Assembly (NCBI GenBank): GCA_951406725.2
Contig: OX597818.1
Coordinates: 140,306,001-140,370,000, forward strand
Direction of reading: 5' to 3'
From: Octopus vulgaris
Taxonomy: Eukaryota
Length of the DNA: 64,000 nucleotides
Shown: positions 1-16,628 of the stretch, piece after piece
How positions within the stretch are numbered: the stretch's first letter is position 1
Layout of the letters: each line of letters begins with the position of its first letter
The notes under the pieces: generated by a model
The model's database searches: none
The model's input: the letters and a program-made list of their open reading frames with translations, nothing else
What the model was told of the DNA's origin: nothing
Translations under genes and position numbers: made by a program

Positions 1-173
1 ATTTTACTCCTGCATTTTGCTATTGGATATCCAGTTAAATATCTCAATATTTGTATATGTAGACATCAAACCAATTATAGGTCTACGTCAGAATAATTCC
101 CTAAATAGTTTTAATATATCATTAGGGAAAAATTATTCATTTAAATGCATACTGAGGCAATATTGTGGGAGTA

Positions 174-530
<357 letters not shown>

Positions 531-769
531 TAATATACATTATTCTGAACTACCGTTTCAGTAGCGTTTTTTGCATATCATCTCCAGTACGTATTCCAAT
601 ATTGTAATTTTTTTTTATTCATCGTTATTTTATCAAAGAAATAGAAGTTGCTTTTTAAACTAAACTAGGCACAGACAAATATTTACATTCATGTTCCTGG
701 GCATCGATGCACGTATGTGTAAGTAGTAAACACAGAAAAAGAAAACTGCGCTGCCAGTGGGACTATTAC

Positions 770-1174
770 ATACATACATGATCCCCTTTATAATTTTTCG
801 TTGGCGCGAATGCATATACTATGGCTCGCGGTGCTGGCTGGCCTTATGCTTTGTCACCCATTGAATATCTTACCCACTACTCTTCCCGTCACTGATAACT
901 TCTTGTGTCCGTCCTCGAGACTCCGCACTAATTATTATGCCGAGCCCAGCCGTTCCTTTGCGCATTGCCCACAATTTGGTACTTCCTCTTTGCTTATATC
1001 TTCTCTGCAAGTGATGATTAAAACTGGTTCGAGAGTACTATCAGTTTCAGGACTGAGAGGCTACAAATTCTAAGGGATCTGACTCCTCTACGAGTTCTAA
1101 GGGCCCTGACCTTTCAGCCAGAGCCTGCATTTAAAAGACAATCTGAGAAGTTGAGTGGAGATGAGCTATTGTTC

Positions 1175-1250
<76 letters not shown>

Positions 1251-1960
1251 CATTCAAATACACAGAAATGCCTATACATGTTTGTGAATTTCGATTATGT
1301 GTTTGTGTGTAATTATTCATATGCAGATTGAAGGCATTACTTAAATGTATAACTAAGTGCACCTTTCGGTGTGGCCTCACCACTTGACATCCGGTGTTGG
1401 CTTGTTTACATCAGCGTAACATAGGATCTATCAAAATTACCAAATACCAATTAATACTAGAGCTATGTGGGAAGGGAGGATGATCTCAAGGGATCAGGTA
1501 TTCTCCCAACTTGACATGCCATTACAGAAAACGGTAGACCTATGGCTAACAGTTCAGTACACACGTTTCTGTCTCAATACTTTTAATATTCGTTGTAACC
1601 TACCTCCTAATGTTGAATCTGGCTGGATGTTCAGGGCCCGTAGAACTCGCAGAATGATCACAATCCTTAGAATATGTAACTCTCAGTCCTGAAATTGATA
1701 TTACTCTCAAACCATTCTTAATCAACATTTGCAGAGAAGACATGAGCAAAGAGAAAGACCTAAAATGTCGACAATGGAACGGCTGGGCTTAGTATAATAA
1801 TTAGTGCGGAGTCTGGAGAACGGTCACAAGAAGTAAACAGTGAAGGGAAGAGGAGTGGGTAACGATTTCAATGTATTAAAGCTTAAAACCTGCCAGCTTC
1901 ATTATGCACAGTGTATGCATATACGCCTACGTAAAATTATGAAAAGGCACATGTATGTAT
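770..1960. repeat. Long imperfect inverted repeat (arms ~770-1135 and ~1605-1960), fold-back/MITE-like
   Basis: The reverse complement of 870-960 (GGAACGGCTGGGCTCGGCATAATAATTAGTGCGGAGTCTCGAGGACGGACACAAGAAG) matches 1776-1835 (GGAACGGCTGGGCTTAGTATAATAATTAGTGCGGAGTCTGGAGAACGGTCACAAGAAG). Similarity continues through CAGGGCCC..TAGAACTCG and CTCTCAGTCCTGAAA. Confidence 0.85.
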
Positions 1961-2200
1961 CTAATTCTTCCTAAGCTATCTCCAGCATCCAAGGGATCCT
2001 CTAAAGGTGGAAATAATTTTAATACCAGATTCAGTGCTGTATGGTATTTGATATTCTTCCATTTGTCAAAGTTGTTCATATACGTGTCACTGGCCACACC
2101 AAGTTGTTTCTCTTGAATCGTTTTAGTTTAATTTATGGAAATTACCTTGGTCGTTAATATGTTCAACTGTTTTTGATATGTCTAAATCCATTGGCTGCTG
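1940..2200 (-). mobile_element. Possible highly degraded RTE-like LINE C-terminal remnant
   Basis: Broken minus-strand translation (LVWP-GHV-like, then GSLGCWR*LRK) loosely resembles the RTE ORF2 end (LRWAGHV...GRP..RW.D); many stops and shifts. Confidence 0.3.
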
Positions 2201-3441
2201 GAAACAGATTAGGACAATTAGTAAAAGCAACAAATTTTCCAGCAATTTAATGGTGCACGATGGTAATATGCAAATATATTTCTCTCTCTCTCTTACCTTT
2301 GATATCCCTCACACTCTCCGTCTCACTCTCTACGTGTGTGTATATGTGTGTGTGTGAATGTTTGTATATATATATATTCATACTTAACAACATATATGCA
2401 TATATTGATCCATCCATCCATCCATCCATCCAACAATCTGTCCAAACACACATACACACACGCACACATTTCTTTGTAAAAAATGCCAATATGGGCAAAC
2501 GATTAGTGCTATTCGAACGTTGTCCTGTTTATTACAAATTCCATTGTTACTGAGTCATACCTACTCCCTTGTCAATCTTGCTTTAAGAGATGCAATAAAG
2601 CTATGATTAGTACGTTGGAAACCTGTTACAAACGGTGCTATTATTCTCCAAATGCAATATAACATGAAGTCAAACGAAGTTCAGTTCTTTCTCTCAAAAT
2701 TTTAATATAAATCTTTATAGCATTTTACTGGGTATTTCCCTGCACAGCAATGAATTAGGTTTCCTCTTTATGTCGACTGCATCGAGTAAAATGACAAGAA
2801 TTATCTTACATGATGCAGTCATATCCCGTTAAACTACATGATTACATGTAGTATTGTTCTGCCATTTATATCGCTGCAAAGCTAGTGATACCTGTCGTCT
2901 CAACTCACAAGAATGCTGTGTTTGTTGGTGTGTACACCTACATCCTTCACTCAAGCGCAGCCAACGCTGAAAAGATCCGTACGAGTTTAATCTACTGTAG
3001 TTTTGTATCCTTCAAGAAGCCTGGGAGAAACCAATAATTGTTAAGACTTGAGTTTACTTTATCGCTTCCTCAGAAGTAAAAAATCTATGTCAGCTATGAT
3101 ACGATGTATTTTTTCCAATATTACGAATGAGCGTGCACGGCGTTAAATTTGCATGTTATCTCACTAGGAATCATCGTGTGGTCGAGACCAGGAATATATT
3201 ATAAATACAAATTGTTTCCTGTTCAATACCATATTCTTTCTTCTCTGCGTCTAGAAAAGGACTTTTGATTACTGGAATTATTATTGGGATGAGGGAATAA
3301 AGGAAAGAGATAAAAAAAGGAGTCAGAAATTTAAAATCCACAGCTCAGCACCTAACATCAAGAGTATTATACGGATTCAAAGAGGAACAATGGTAATAAA
3401 GGAAACAGTAATAGCAATGCTGAAGACGTCATAATGGTTGC

Positions 3442-3491
<50 letters not shown>

Positions 3492-3506
3492 ATATATATA
3501 TTGTTG

Positions 3507-3577
<71 letters not shown>

Positions 3578-3593
3578 TATATAATTGTTGCAA

Positions 3594-3627
<34 letters not shown>

Positions 3628-3629
<2 letters not shown>

Positions 3630-4320
3630 TTGCAGATTATCATTGCGTGGATAAATCGAAAGAATGATTTACTGTCCTGATACCTTCAAGAATACTGACG
3701 CTGATGACAAGTTCTTTAAAAAATGGAAAATTATCACTAATGATAATCTATTATGGAACAGTCAGTTTACAGAGATTTTTTATTTATTTATCAAGCGACG
3801 AGATACGTCTGCACCACCGGTACTCCTGAACCAGTTTTTGTGTGTCCCACAAGAGGAGTCGATGCTAGATGCGTCGAAACAATTCTTGTGATTAATAATA
3901 TATTCTCGTATATTCCATCTTCTCTTTCATTTGTTTATATATATATATATATATATATTATATAGAGGGTACTATTATTCATAGGTACCGCACGCTAGAT
4001 CTTACAAGTCTTGAGTTCGTTGCACTGAAGAGCATAGAATGCATATTCTACATTGATTGCGAAATCACTGGTGCTATGTAACTAAATTCTGTTTTTAAAT
4101 GACTTGCTTTGAAGTTTTGCATTCGGTACAATTTGTTTATTTTAGTAGTTTTGACTACAAGAGTCCCCCCTAGCGTTCGGTACCTATGAATAATAGTACC
4201 CTCTATATAGTATAAATAAATATTTTCAAAGTGGAAAAATTTACGGTTTTTTTCTCTTACGAGGTTTTTCACGCTAACTACTGATAATTTCTTATAAAGA
4301 TTTTATCCTTAATTTTAAAG

Positions 4321-4372
<52 letters not shown>

Positions 4373-4668
4373 GAGATGGAATATACGAGAATATATTATT
4401 TATCACAAGAATTGTTTCGACGCATCTAGCATCGACTCCTCTTGTGGGACAACACACAAAAACTGGTTCAGGAGTAGAAGTGGTGCAGACGTATCTCGTC
4501 GGGTGATAAATAAATAAAAAATCTCTGTAAACTGACTGTTCCATAATAGATTATCACTAATGATAATTTTCCATTTTTTAAAGAGCTTGTCATCAGTGTC
4601 AGTATTCTTGAAGGTATCAGGACAGTAAATCATTCTTTCGATTTATTCACGCAATGGTAATCTGCAAA
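3628..4668. repeat. Long inverted repeat (arms 3628-3998 and 4170-4668) set in TA tracts
   Basis: The ORF track gives near-identical peptides on opposite strands (3664-3891 + and 4403-4633 -; 3753-3965 + and 4278-4544 -). The inner block TATATAGAGGGTACTATTATTCATAGGTACCG(C/A)ACGCTAG is also inverted. The right arm has ~160 extra bp. Confidence 0.93.
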
Positions 4669-4728
4669 ATAATCTTCTTGGAATGTTATTATTCTTCCAA
4701 AAACTTTATCCTCTCTCTCTGTCGCTCA

Positions 4729-4729
<1 letters not shown>

Positions 4730-4800
<71 letters not shown>

Positions 4801-4887
4801 ATGCGAATGAGAAGGGAAGGGAGTGAGAAAGAGATGCGAGACGTGTCTGCATGGAAAAACGAGATAAATAGATAGATTTATAGATAA

Positions 4888-4961
<74 letters not shown>

Positions 4962-5029
4962 GGATGGATGGATGGATGGATGAATGAATGGATGGATAGA
5001 TGATAAACATAGATAGATCGATAATTAGA

Positions 5030-5068
<39 letters not shown>

Positions 5069-5116
5069 CTAGATAGGTAGGTAGATAGATAGATAGGTAG
5101 ATAGATAGATAGATAG
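4730..5116. repeat. (CA)n, (GATA)n, (GA)n, (GGAT)n compound microsatellite
   Basis: Directly visible. Confidence 0.95.
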
Positions 5117-5617
5117 AACGGGTGGAATTTAGATATATACTAAAATAAGGTGGATACAGGAGAAAAGATACTTAAATAAACAGGAAGCTAAATAAATTTC
5201 TATGAAGCAAAGATTTTAATTGTCCACTATCAAACATCGTTAGATGATGTCGGACCTAAAGGTAACGGATTACTTTGAAAGTAGTTAATTTTGCCGTTAT
5301 TGCTGGCGAAACCAATTTAATTCATTCGCAACGACACCAAACGATATTTGTCCGCACGCCTGGTTGTCTCGTGCTTGCTAGCTAGCTTTAAGCTTTTGCT
5401 GTTATTCAGTTGGATTACTTCTTTAAATTTACTCTCTCTCTTTGTGTCCATTCCTCAACCACTCTTCATCAAACATTCTGATAAACACAGATAACCTACA
5501 GTATATACATACATACGTACATACATAGATACATGCATACATACATACATACATACATACATACATACATACATACATACATACGTACATACATACATAC
5601 ATACATACATACATACG

Positions 5618-5671
<54 letters not shown>

Positions 5672-5716
5672 TATACATACGCAAACATACATATGTGTAT
5701 ATATATATATATTATT

Positions 5717-5754
<38 letters not shown>

Positions 5755-5761
5755 GCCTACA

Positions 5762-8449
<2,688 letters not shown>

Positions 8450-9033
8450 ATATCTTTCTATTTGCCTATTATCTACCATGTAGCTTTCTTCATTTCATTA
8501 TTCCTTTCCATCTAAATAACTTTCAACCTTTCACTCCATTCATTTATCCCCTCCCTAGCTGTCGTCTCTAGCACGCGATCTTTCTCCCGCTATCTATCAA
8601 TTGTTTGCTATCGTGTCAGCTAATAATATTCTTGACCACGAATTCGGCCGTTCGATCATTAAGTTGGTAACGTGATTTAAGAGCGGTCTGACCAGGTTTC
8701 ATAACAGTTTCTAGTTAACATTTAACATCCAGCATGTCGGACATCAATTAATCTATTAGTGATGGGATGTTTGACCATAAACATGTTATAATGGAATCTA
8801 TCTTTCAATTTCACATTCACTCTCTACTAATCACTTCGACCAACTTCATGTTTTCTGTACTGCCTTCTTCTCCCGCATCTTTCCCATTATATATATATTC
8901 TCTCCCAACAATTTCTGTGGTAACTTGTTTTTACCTTAATCTCTCCAACCCAGCTACCTCTTCTTCTCTCTTTCTTTCTCCATCTCGTTCTCTCACCCTC
9001 GGTGTCTTTCTGATTTCAGTTTCTCGCTTCTTC

Positions 9034-9080
<47 letters not shown>

Positions 9081-9390
9081 CAACTTTTGCTTCCGTCAAT
9101 CACTTTTTCTCCCGCATTTTATATAATATATATTTTATTTCCTTTCTACTTTCTATTGAACATCCTATATCACACTACCCCTTCCTTCTCTCGTTCTCAC
9201 TTCCTACTCAACTAGCTCACTATTATGAATACATTTTTGAAGAAAAATAATATTTATTCTGTCAGAAAATATTTTATCGTCTCTTCTGAGGTCATTACAG
9301 TTCTTTTAAGTCATCTTGAACATGAAAAACGGAGACATCAGTCTCGTTAACTTTCGGTCAGTGATACGTATGTGTAGTTATGATCTTTAA

Positions 9391-10100
9391 GTTTGCAGTA
9401 ATGCTATGATACTGGCAGTGTGGTTATGATATTGTCACTGTAACTATGACGCTAGCATTATGTTTATGATATTGGTAGTGTGTTTATGATCCTGTAAGTA
9501 TTGTCATAAAACTAGTATTGTTCATATGATACTGGTGGTGTGATTGTGATGGCGGTAGTATGGGTATTATACTGGAAATGTGATTACACTACTAGCAGTG
9601 TGTTGATATAATCTCACTTTACTTATGATTACTGTATTTATGATAGCAGCAGTGTTGTCATGAGATTGGTGTACTATATATATCTTTTATATCTATATAT
9701 ATGATATTCGTAGTGTGGTTGTGATTCGGCTAATGTCGCTATCATCCTAACAGTGTTGTTATCATTCTGTTAGATTGGTTATGGTATAGCTGTGTAGTTT
9801 TCATACTGGCAGTGAGAATATCATACTTGCAGTGTTCTTATGATACTGTGAGCGTGGTTATGATTCTGGCAGTGTAGTGATGACCTTGTCAGCATATTTA
9901 CTCTTATGGGAGTGTGACACTAAAATTGTAACTGAATGTATGATACTGGCAATACTATTATAATTCTGTTTGAATAATTACAATATTGTTAGTGTGTTAC
10001 TGGTAAAGTTGTCAAGACACTGGTTGTGAAGTAATGGTAATGAAAATGTAGATACAAATCTATCATGTGGTCACGACATTGCTAGTGAGATTATGGTCGT
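9391..10100. repeat. Degenerate 20-bp minisatellite, consensus ~TATGATACTGGCAGTGTGGT
   Basis: TATGAT-like words recur every 20 nt (9405, 9425, 9445, 9465, 9485...) for roughly 35 diverged units. Confidence 0.85.
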
Positions 10101-12289
10101 GGTTAGGAAACGAAGGAAGTACAATTCAGTTCTGGTATCGATAAGCTCGTTCATATGTTACCATTGTAGCTACAGGATAGACCTTATTTTGTATAATGGC
10201 CGTATGTTTAGAATACTGGTCTCACGGTTAGAAAAGCGCCATACCTGCCAAAGCAATAATAATTCTATATGTCATCAACATCAAGACTGGGGTAATTTTT
10301 CTACAAACTAATTCATTGATATAACGTTCTGTTTTATACTGTAGTATAATACAGAACGCTTTCTTTAAGTATTTCTCTCAACGGTATTGTTGATACTAAA
10401 ACGGGATTCCATGCAAAGTAAAGAGGTCTGTCACATGCCACAGAAAGCCTCGTATACACGACATTTGAACTCACGAATTCAAAATATTTTATGATCAACA
10501 CAGAAGTCGGTAAATTGCAATTTATTTTTGTGATCACAGGATGAAGTACAGAATGTCGCATTTGCTGTCAATGTTTTTCGATTGTGAAGTTTGCAATGTA
10601 ACTATTATATCTAAGCACTTTCTTCCAATGTCTACAGCCTGTCTTCTTTGAGCTTCCATCGGTCAGGGTCGAAATTTTATCTGTAGCTCTGCACAAGTTT
10701 TTTGTGGAAAATTTGCAGATCCCAATAAGTTTTTTGTGGAAAATTTGCAGATCCCCATACAAGCTACTCTCCTCTTTCCTCGCTAGCAATATTTATTGTC
10801 TCCATATTTTTAGAATCGATACATCCTTACCTTTGAATCGTCGTTAATGTTGGTCTCTGAAAGGGACAGAAACAAATAAAGGAAGGTATCTCTTTCGACG
10901 CCGTAAATGTCCCACCAATTTACGGGCCCTGATCAGGTACGTTTTGTTAACCTCGAAAGGCTATAAGGTAATGTTGATCTCTATGATATTTGAACACACA
11001 GCGCAAAGATTGGAATAAACAGTGAAAAATAATTCGATCTAAATCTCTATCGATTCTACCAGCTAGATACTTCAAAATCCTATTACTCTAAATCATTTAT
11101 TTCATATGATTTCTAAATAACATTTTTTAATACTTTTTATGTAGTAGTTGCTGGAAGCTCTGGCTTTCGTTAGGAGTGGTCTACATGACCATTCATGATA
11201 TAGAGGCTGGGAGCTATTTCAGTCCGGGAGTGAGTCGTCATCACGTTACTTAGTCGCAATACTTAGAATGCTGTATTACCAAAAATGATGTGATTTCATC
11301 ACCCAGTAATCTATCAAGTTCATTTACACACTTCTCAAAACCAACTGCTATTATGACTTCCATCCCTCATTGTATGCCGCCATCGTTGATGGGTAGATTG
11401 GTTAGTAACATTAATAGAACAAGAGAACCGTATTTACAACAGCACAGTAACGGTGTCAACCCAGTGGCAGTGCAATTATGCATAACATATGCAGTCGAAA
11501 CTATAACTTTCTTAAAAACAAAAAAAAAACTTGCAAAAAATACTCTTAGATAGAAATGTGGCATGAAAAGTAGCAGAAACAATGACAATTACACGTTGCA
11601 ACAAGAAAATTAGCAATGAAATCGAAGACACATATCTAAAACATAAGGACAAATTTTACAAATACAGTTTAACCATTTTACAAATACAGTTCAACAAAAA
11701 TATTAAGAGCAACTACGTTAATAGTAACATAGTACCAATTAGTGTGGCAGTGTTTCAACCAAATTCAAGTATTAAATTAATGCTCTTAATACTTATGAAA
11801 GTGGTAAAAAAATAAAACAAAACAAAATGTGTAGAATACAGTGAAGCTCTCTGAAAAAAATTTGAGATCGCTCTATAGATATATTCTTCAGCTGAAGTAT
11901 TGGATAATAACAATAAAGATACCCGGCAACGTATTTTTCTATCTCTTAGTGCAGAGTGGCGGCTATGTCTACGAACCGTTATATGGTGAGAGAGTGGGGA
12001 GATATCCTCAAAATGAACAAAACCCATAACACGTGCCATAGAAATCTGATACTCAGCCAAAGAACACAACCTGTGCTATACAAACAACACAACACACAGA
12101 ACAATAACTGATACAACAGAAGACTCAATCCAAACCCCATAGCAAAACATACTGATGCAATACAATATCCCCCCCCCAACCAAAACAAAGCAGCACATAC
12201 CACCTCACCAGCAGAAACGTGCACCAAATGATGCAACAGAAAGTTGCTTGAAAATATCAGATGTCGAAAATTAATAGTGGTGATGACGT

Positions 12290-13690
12290 TGGTAACGAAA
12301 GTTACCTCAGTTTATGAAAGACAGGAGTTCCCGTAGAAACTCTGGTTGTAGCAACGAAGCTTAAGCTGGCCATTAAGGAAAGGCCTCTCGCTTGGCAGCG
12401 GACGTAAACACTTTGGGTAAAGAATGGTATATTTAAAGTGACTGAGCAGAGATTAGTAGATCAAGCTAATGCTATTAGTAGAAGAAAGTTGATGACAGAA
12501 TTGGAGGGGGAAGGGACCACAAGAGAAGTGGAAAAGAAAGAAAAGGCAGTAGTCAAAACAAACAACAACATAAGAGACACAGCTCAAACCAAAGAAGAAC
12601 CTAAAGGAAAAAGATAATAAAAGCGTTACCAATGAGGAACGGACAACTGGCACCAGCGACTTAAGAGATTTAAGTGAGGAAGGTCAGATGATTTTTACAT
12701 GAGTAGCAGGAAGTAGTGAGTAAAGAAGTAAGAAAAGTATTGTCAGCATTAAAAAGTACCAACAGAAGGAAGCTACTAGATATGCCCAGGAAAGTAGATT
12801 TTGTTATCAGTAGGACAGACACTAAAAATATAGGAGATACTAACTTATTGATCTATGCAGGAGGAGTAGTTGCTAGAAGATTAGATATTCCACAAGGAAA
12901 GATTAAAAAAGAGAAAATGTGAAAAAGGGCGATCACAAAATAAATTGAAGATTTTAAGACAAGATTTGGTGAGAAAAGAAGCCTGGAAACTGAACAAGTT
13001 GGGAAATACAAGATGCAAATCTTCTCTTTAGAAAAAATACTTTGTCAAAGAGAAAGAATTTGGAACAGTCATAGAAGAGTTGAAACAGCATATGATTAGC
13101 AGTAACAGGTAAGCTCTACAGATATCAGAAAAGAATAGATCGGTATCAATAGAATATATTAAATGAGACAGAACAGAGGAGATTTTATAACAAAATAAAT
13201 AGTGGAGAACGAAGTATTGAAGATGAGATACCTAATGCAGAAGAAGTTTGAAAGTTCTAGAATAATATCTGGGATTTACCAGTCAATCATAATGGAGATG
13301 CAGTATGGTTACATAAAGTGAGTGAAGTAGTAGTGAGTGTAAAACAGGCAGATCTAAGGCTGACTAGTGTAGTAATGAGTAAAGTGTTAGGGAAAATACC
13401 GAATTTGAAAGAACCAGGACTAGGTTTAGTAGTTTACACGGGAAACGGAGGGAAAAACTCCAGGATAGCCTTAATGGAGGAATAATACCAGATTGGATGA
13501 TTAGAGGGATGACAATACTCCTTATGAAAGATAAAAGCAATGTTAATACATCTAGCACTTATAGACCAAACACATGCTTATCATTAGTGTAGCAACTGTT
13601 AACAGGAATGCATTCAGAATGCATTTACCAGAATTTACTACTAGAATAACAGAAATGTTACGGTAAAAGGGCTACATGAACGCATACAGA
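12290..13690 (+). mobile_element. Degraded R4/Dong-like non-LTR retrotransposon, N-terminal region to early RT
   Basis: Translations EQRLVDQANAISRRKLMTELE (~12445), TNLLIYAGGVVARRL and IPDWMIRGMTILLMKDK...YRPNTCLSL match R4/Dong ORF motifs; many stops and frameshifts. Confidence 0.8.
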
Positions 13691-13739
13691 CGAATACAGA
13701 TCTGTTAGCCATAAAAAGCTACGTTACAAGCAATGTTTA

Positions 13740-16100
13740 TATGCAAAGAACTCGGTGATAGTATTGTCTCAAGAATTTAACCCTAAACAGACAGATCCGT
13801 CCCCTAATGTCAAAGTCGAAGTTCGCCATGCCTCACTGATAAAGCAAAATAAAGACCTGGCTGGTCGTCGATCGGATCACAAAGGGCAACGTACTCGAAT
13901 GATGAGCCAGATTTTAAGCGAAAAATCAGCTACTGGTTCAAATCTTCCCAAAATACAGGAGCTGGAAGTACCCCAAAACTGGAATATATCAACAGATGGC
14001 CATCTAGGCTCCTCATCAAATAACCAAAGGAAAAAGAATGGGAAATGGTTTAGGGAAGATAATGAAGAAGTTCTTACGCCCTTCTACCATGCCATACATT
14101 TCCCCACAAATAAATCTAATACTGTACAAACCTACTTAAACTGTAGACTTACACCTTGAAGTAAGACCCTACATAGACAGTAACAAACGTACTAACGTCA
14201 GAAGAAACATTATGAAAAAGAAATTAATAACTGAAGTAGAGGTTGACCAAATTAAACAAGCAGTAAGGGATAAAAAGAACGAAGCAGAAGCTAAAGAAGA
14301 TACTATAGAGGAAATAATTATAGACCAGCCCAGGGCTGAGGAAAATGCAGTAACGATTAAAAGAGTTAATGTAACTAATATGCAAAGTGAAATACTCTCT
14401 GAACCAACCATAAATACTAAGGCAGATTAAAATCAAATAGATGAAGAAAGTCACACGCAAATTGACCCAACACTACATAATCTAAAAACATTAAATCATG
14501 ATTGAATGGCTGAAAATTAAAGAAACCAGTATGATTGAACGTGATACTCTCCCAAAAATTTGCAATTCCAACCAAAACCTGAAAATAATTGATAAAATCC
14601 GCCTTGCATTTAAAGATATAATTTCAGGTAATGATGTTGATATTACATCTGTACTATGCATCCGCGAAAATCTCAACGATTCAATGTGGTAAAAATATTA
14701 GAAAACGACATCATTCTCATAAAAACCTTTCTTGGTAACAGAGTGTTCAACACCAAATTCAGATACTTAGGTCTGACATACAATGTTTAAAGAACTGTAA
14801 GTTTGACAAGACTATCAAACCTACAAAAACCCCCAAATTAAAGAAAAAATATAATGTAAAAGCCATATTTGATATTGATACCACCATAGAAACCATCAAG
14901 CAAAAGATACGTGCTAAAGCTGCTCGCATAGCAAGGTATGAAAAGAGCGTTAGATTCTTAAAGGAGAACATGTTCAAAAATAACCCCCATAATTATTACA
15001 GAATGATAGGGAAAATACCAGTTTCAGTAAAGTCTATCCCATCAAAAGGAGCGCAGGAATTTTGGAATAAAATTTGGGCTGAAGAAAAAACACACGATGA
15101 AAAGGCCCCTTGGATTGATAGAATATCTACTGACTCAGACTCCTTAGAAGTGCAAAAGGGGGTGGGGGTATTAAGGTAGATGGAAGATCGGATCTCAAGA
15201 AGTCAAACAAATGGAAGCCTCCAGGAAAGGATAAATTCCTAACTTCTGGTTGAATGCCTTCCCAGAAACACATGAACTGCTAACAAAACTTTACAGCATT
15301 GTTTCGCAACATCCTAGTTTGACTCAGTCTTGGCTAGTTATTGGTATAACATTCCTACTTCCAAAAAAGAAAGAAACAAATGAACCAAACAATGATCAAC
15401 CCATAACCTGCTTAACAACAATGTATAAAACGCTAACAACTGTCTTGACTGAATTTATTATAGTTTTTTTAATGCAAAGTGGCATATTCCCTAATGAGCA
15501 AAAAAGGATGTACACGTGGATCCTATGGTTGTAAAGATCAGCTACTCATCAATAAGATGATCTTGGAAGATTGTCACAAACAATACAAAAACTTGTCAAT
15601 AGCCTGGATAGACTATAAAAAAGCTTTTCATAGTTTGCAACATAGCTGGATAAAGAAAAGTCTGGAAATGTATAAGATAGCACCTACTCTGCGAAACTTT
15701 TTGTCTGTAAGTATGAGATCATGGAGAACCGCACTGACTTTGAACGGTGACAATGAATCTCTAAATGCTGGAGATGTAAGAATTACATGTGTGATTTTCC
15801 AGGGTGACCCACTATAACCACTCCTCTTTTGTCTAGCCTTAATACCTCTCTCGAAATTGCTCAATGATGTACAGCATGGTTATAAAATCTTTGATAAGAA
15901 TATAAATCTTCTCATTTACATGGATGATTTAAAGCTCTTTTCAAAAAGTGACCAACAACTACAGGGCTTACTAACCGTTGTTAAACGATTCAGTGATGAC
16001 GATAAATGTGCAAAAGCTACCTTTATCAAAGGGAAAATGAAAGAAACATCTAACGGTAACCTTGACCAGCAGAATGTCATAAAGAAATTAGAACCATAAG
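13740..16100 (+). mobile_element. Degraded R4/Dong-like non-LTR retrotransposon with RT domain
   Basis: RT motifs: KWKPPGKD, PITCLTTMYK, KGCTRGSYGCKDQLLINK, AWIDYKKAFHS, IFQGDPL, LIYMDDLKLF. The ORF is split by frameshifts and stops and ends before the endonuclease. Confidence 0.92.
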
Positions 16101-16104
16101 GAAT

Positions 16105-16628
16105 TTGCAGCATATTAGGAGGTCAGGGTACTTGAATCCACACAAAAAAAAAATCCGATTTTTATTTTTTTCTTTGGTGAAAATCGTGCGGGTGAAACGA
16201 TTAATTTCCGAGGCTTGCATCTCACCCCACTCCCTTTTTGGAACCCCCAAAAATGGTCTTGTAGCATATTATGTCACAGGAATTCATTCAACGAAAAAAA
16301 TAAAATTTCCAATGCGGGCGTTAATCTAAAAAATTTCCCTTTGTTTTTCTTTTTCGTCATTGCAAAACAGAGGACTTAACTCATGTTAACAAACTTACAG
16401 ATTTCACCGACGTGGAAATTGGTAAAACTTATGGTTGAAAATCAATTTTTAAAGCTATCCGCGGGTGACTCAAAAAAAATAATTTGACACAAACACAGCC
16501 ATTGTCGTGACCAATGTCCTCCTAAAATTGGAGCGACATGCGTGCTAATTTATGGACGTGCATAAATTATATTCACGTACACACACACACACGCACACAC
16601 ACACATCCTGGCTTTTATAGATATAGAT
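16105..16628 (-). mobile_element. Putative non-autonomous Helitron-like element
   Basis: The minus strand begins A|TCTATATCTATAAAAG followed by a (TG)n tract, a common 5' layout of small invertebrate Helitrons. No 3' CTAG/hairpin end was found. Confidence 0.4.

Noticed and set aside
2550-3240. Possible piggyBac-like decayed coding sequence
   Set aside because: No convincing catalytic motifs, TIRs or TTAA boundaries.
9391-10100. CRISPR-like periodicity
   Set aside because: Contiguous degenerate units without spacers, eukaryotic context, and no cas genes.
10568-10789. hAT-like fragment (GCRHWKK) with a 31-bp tandem duplication at ~10695-10756
   Set aside because: The motif is too weak and the duplication is an ordinary slippage event.
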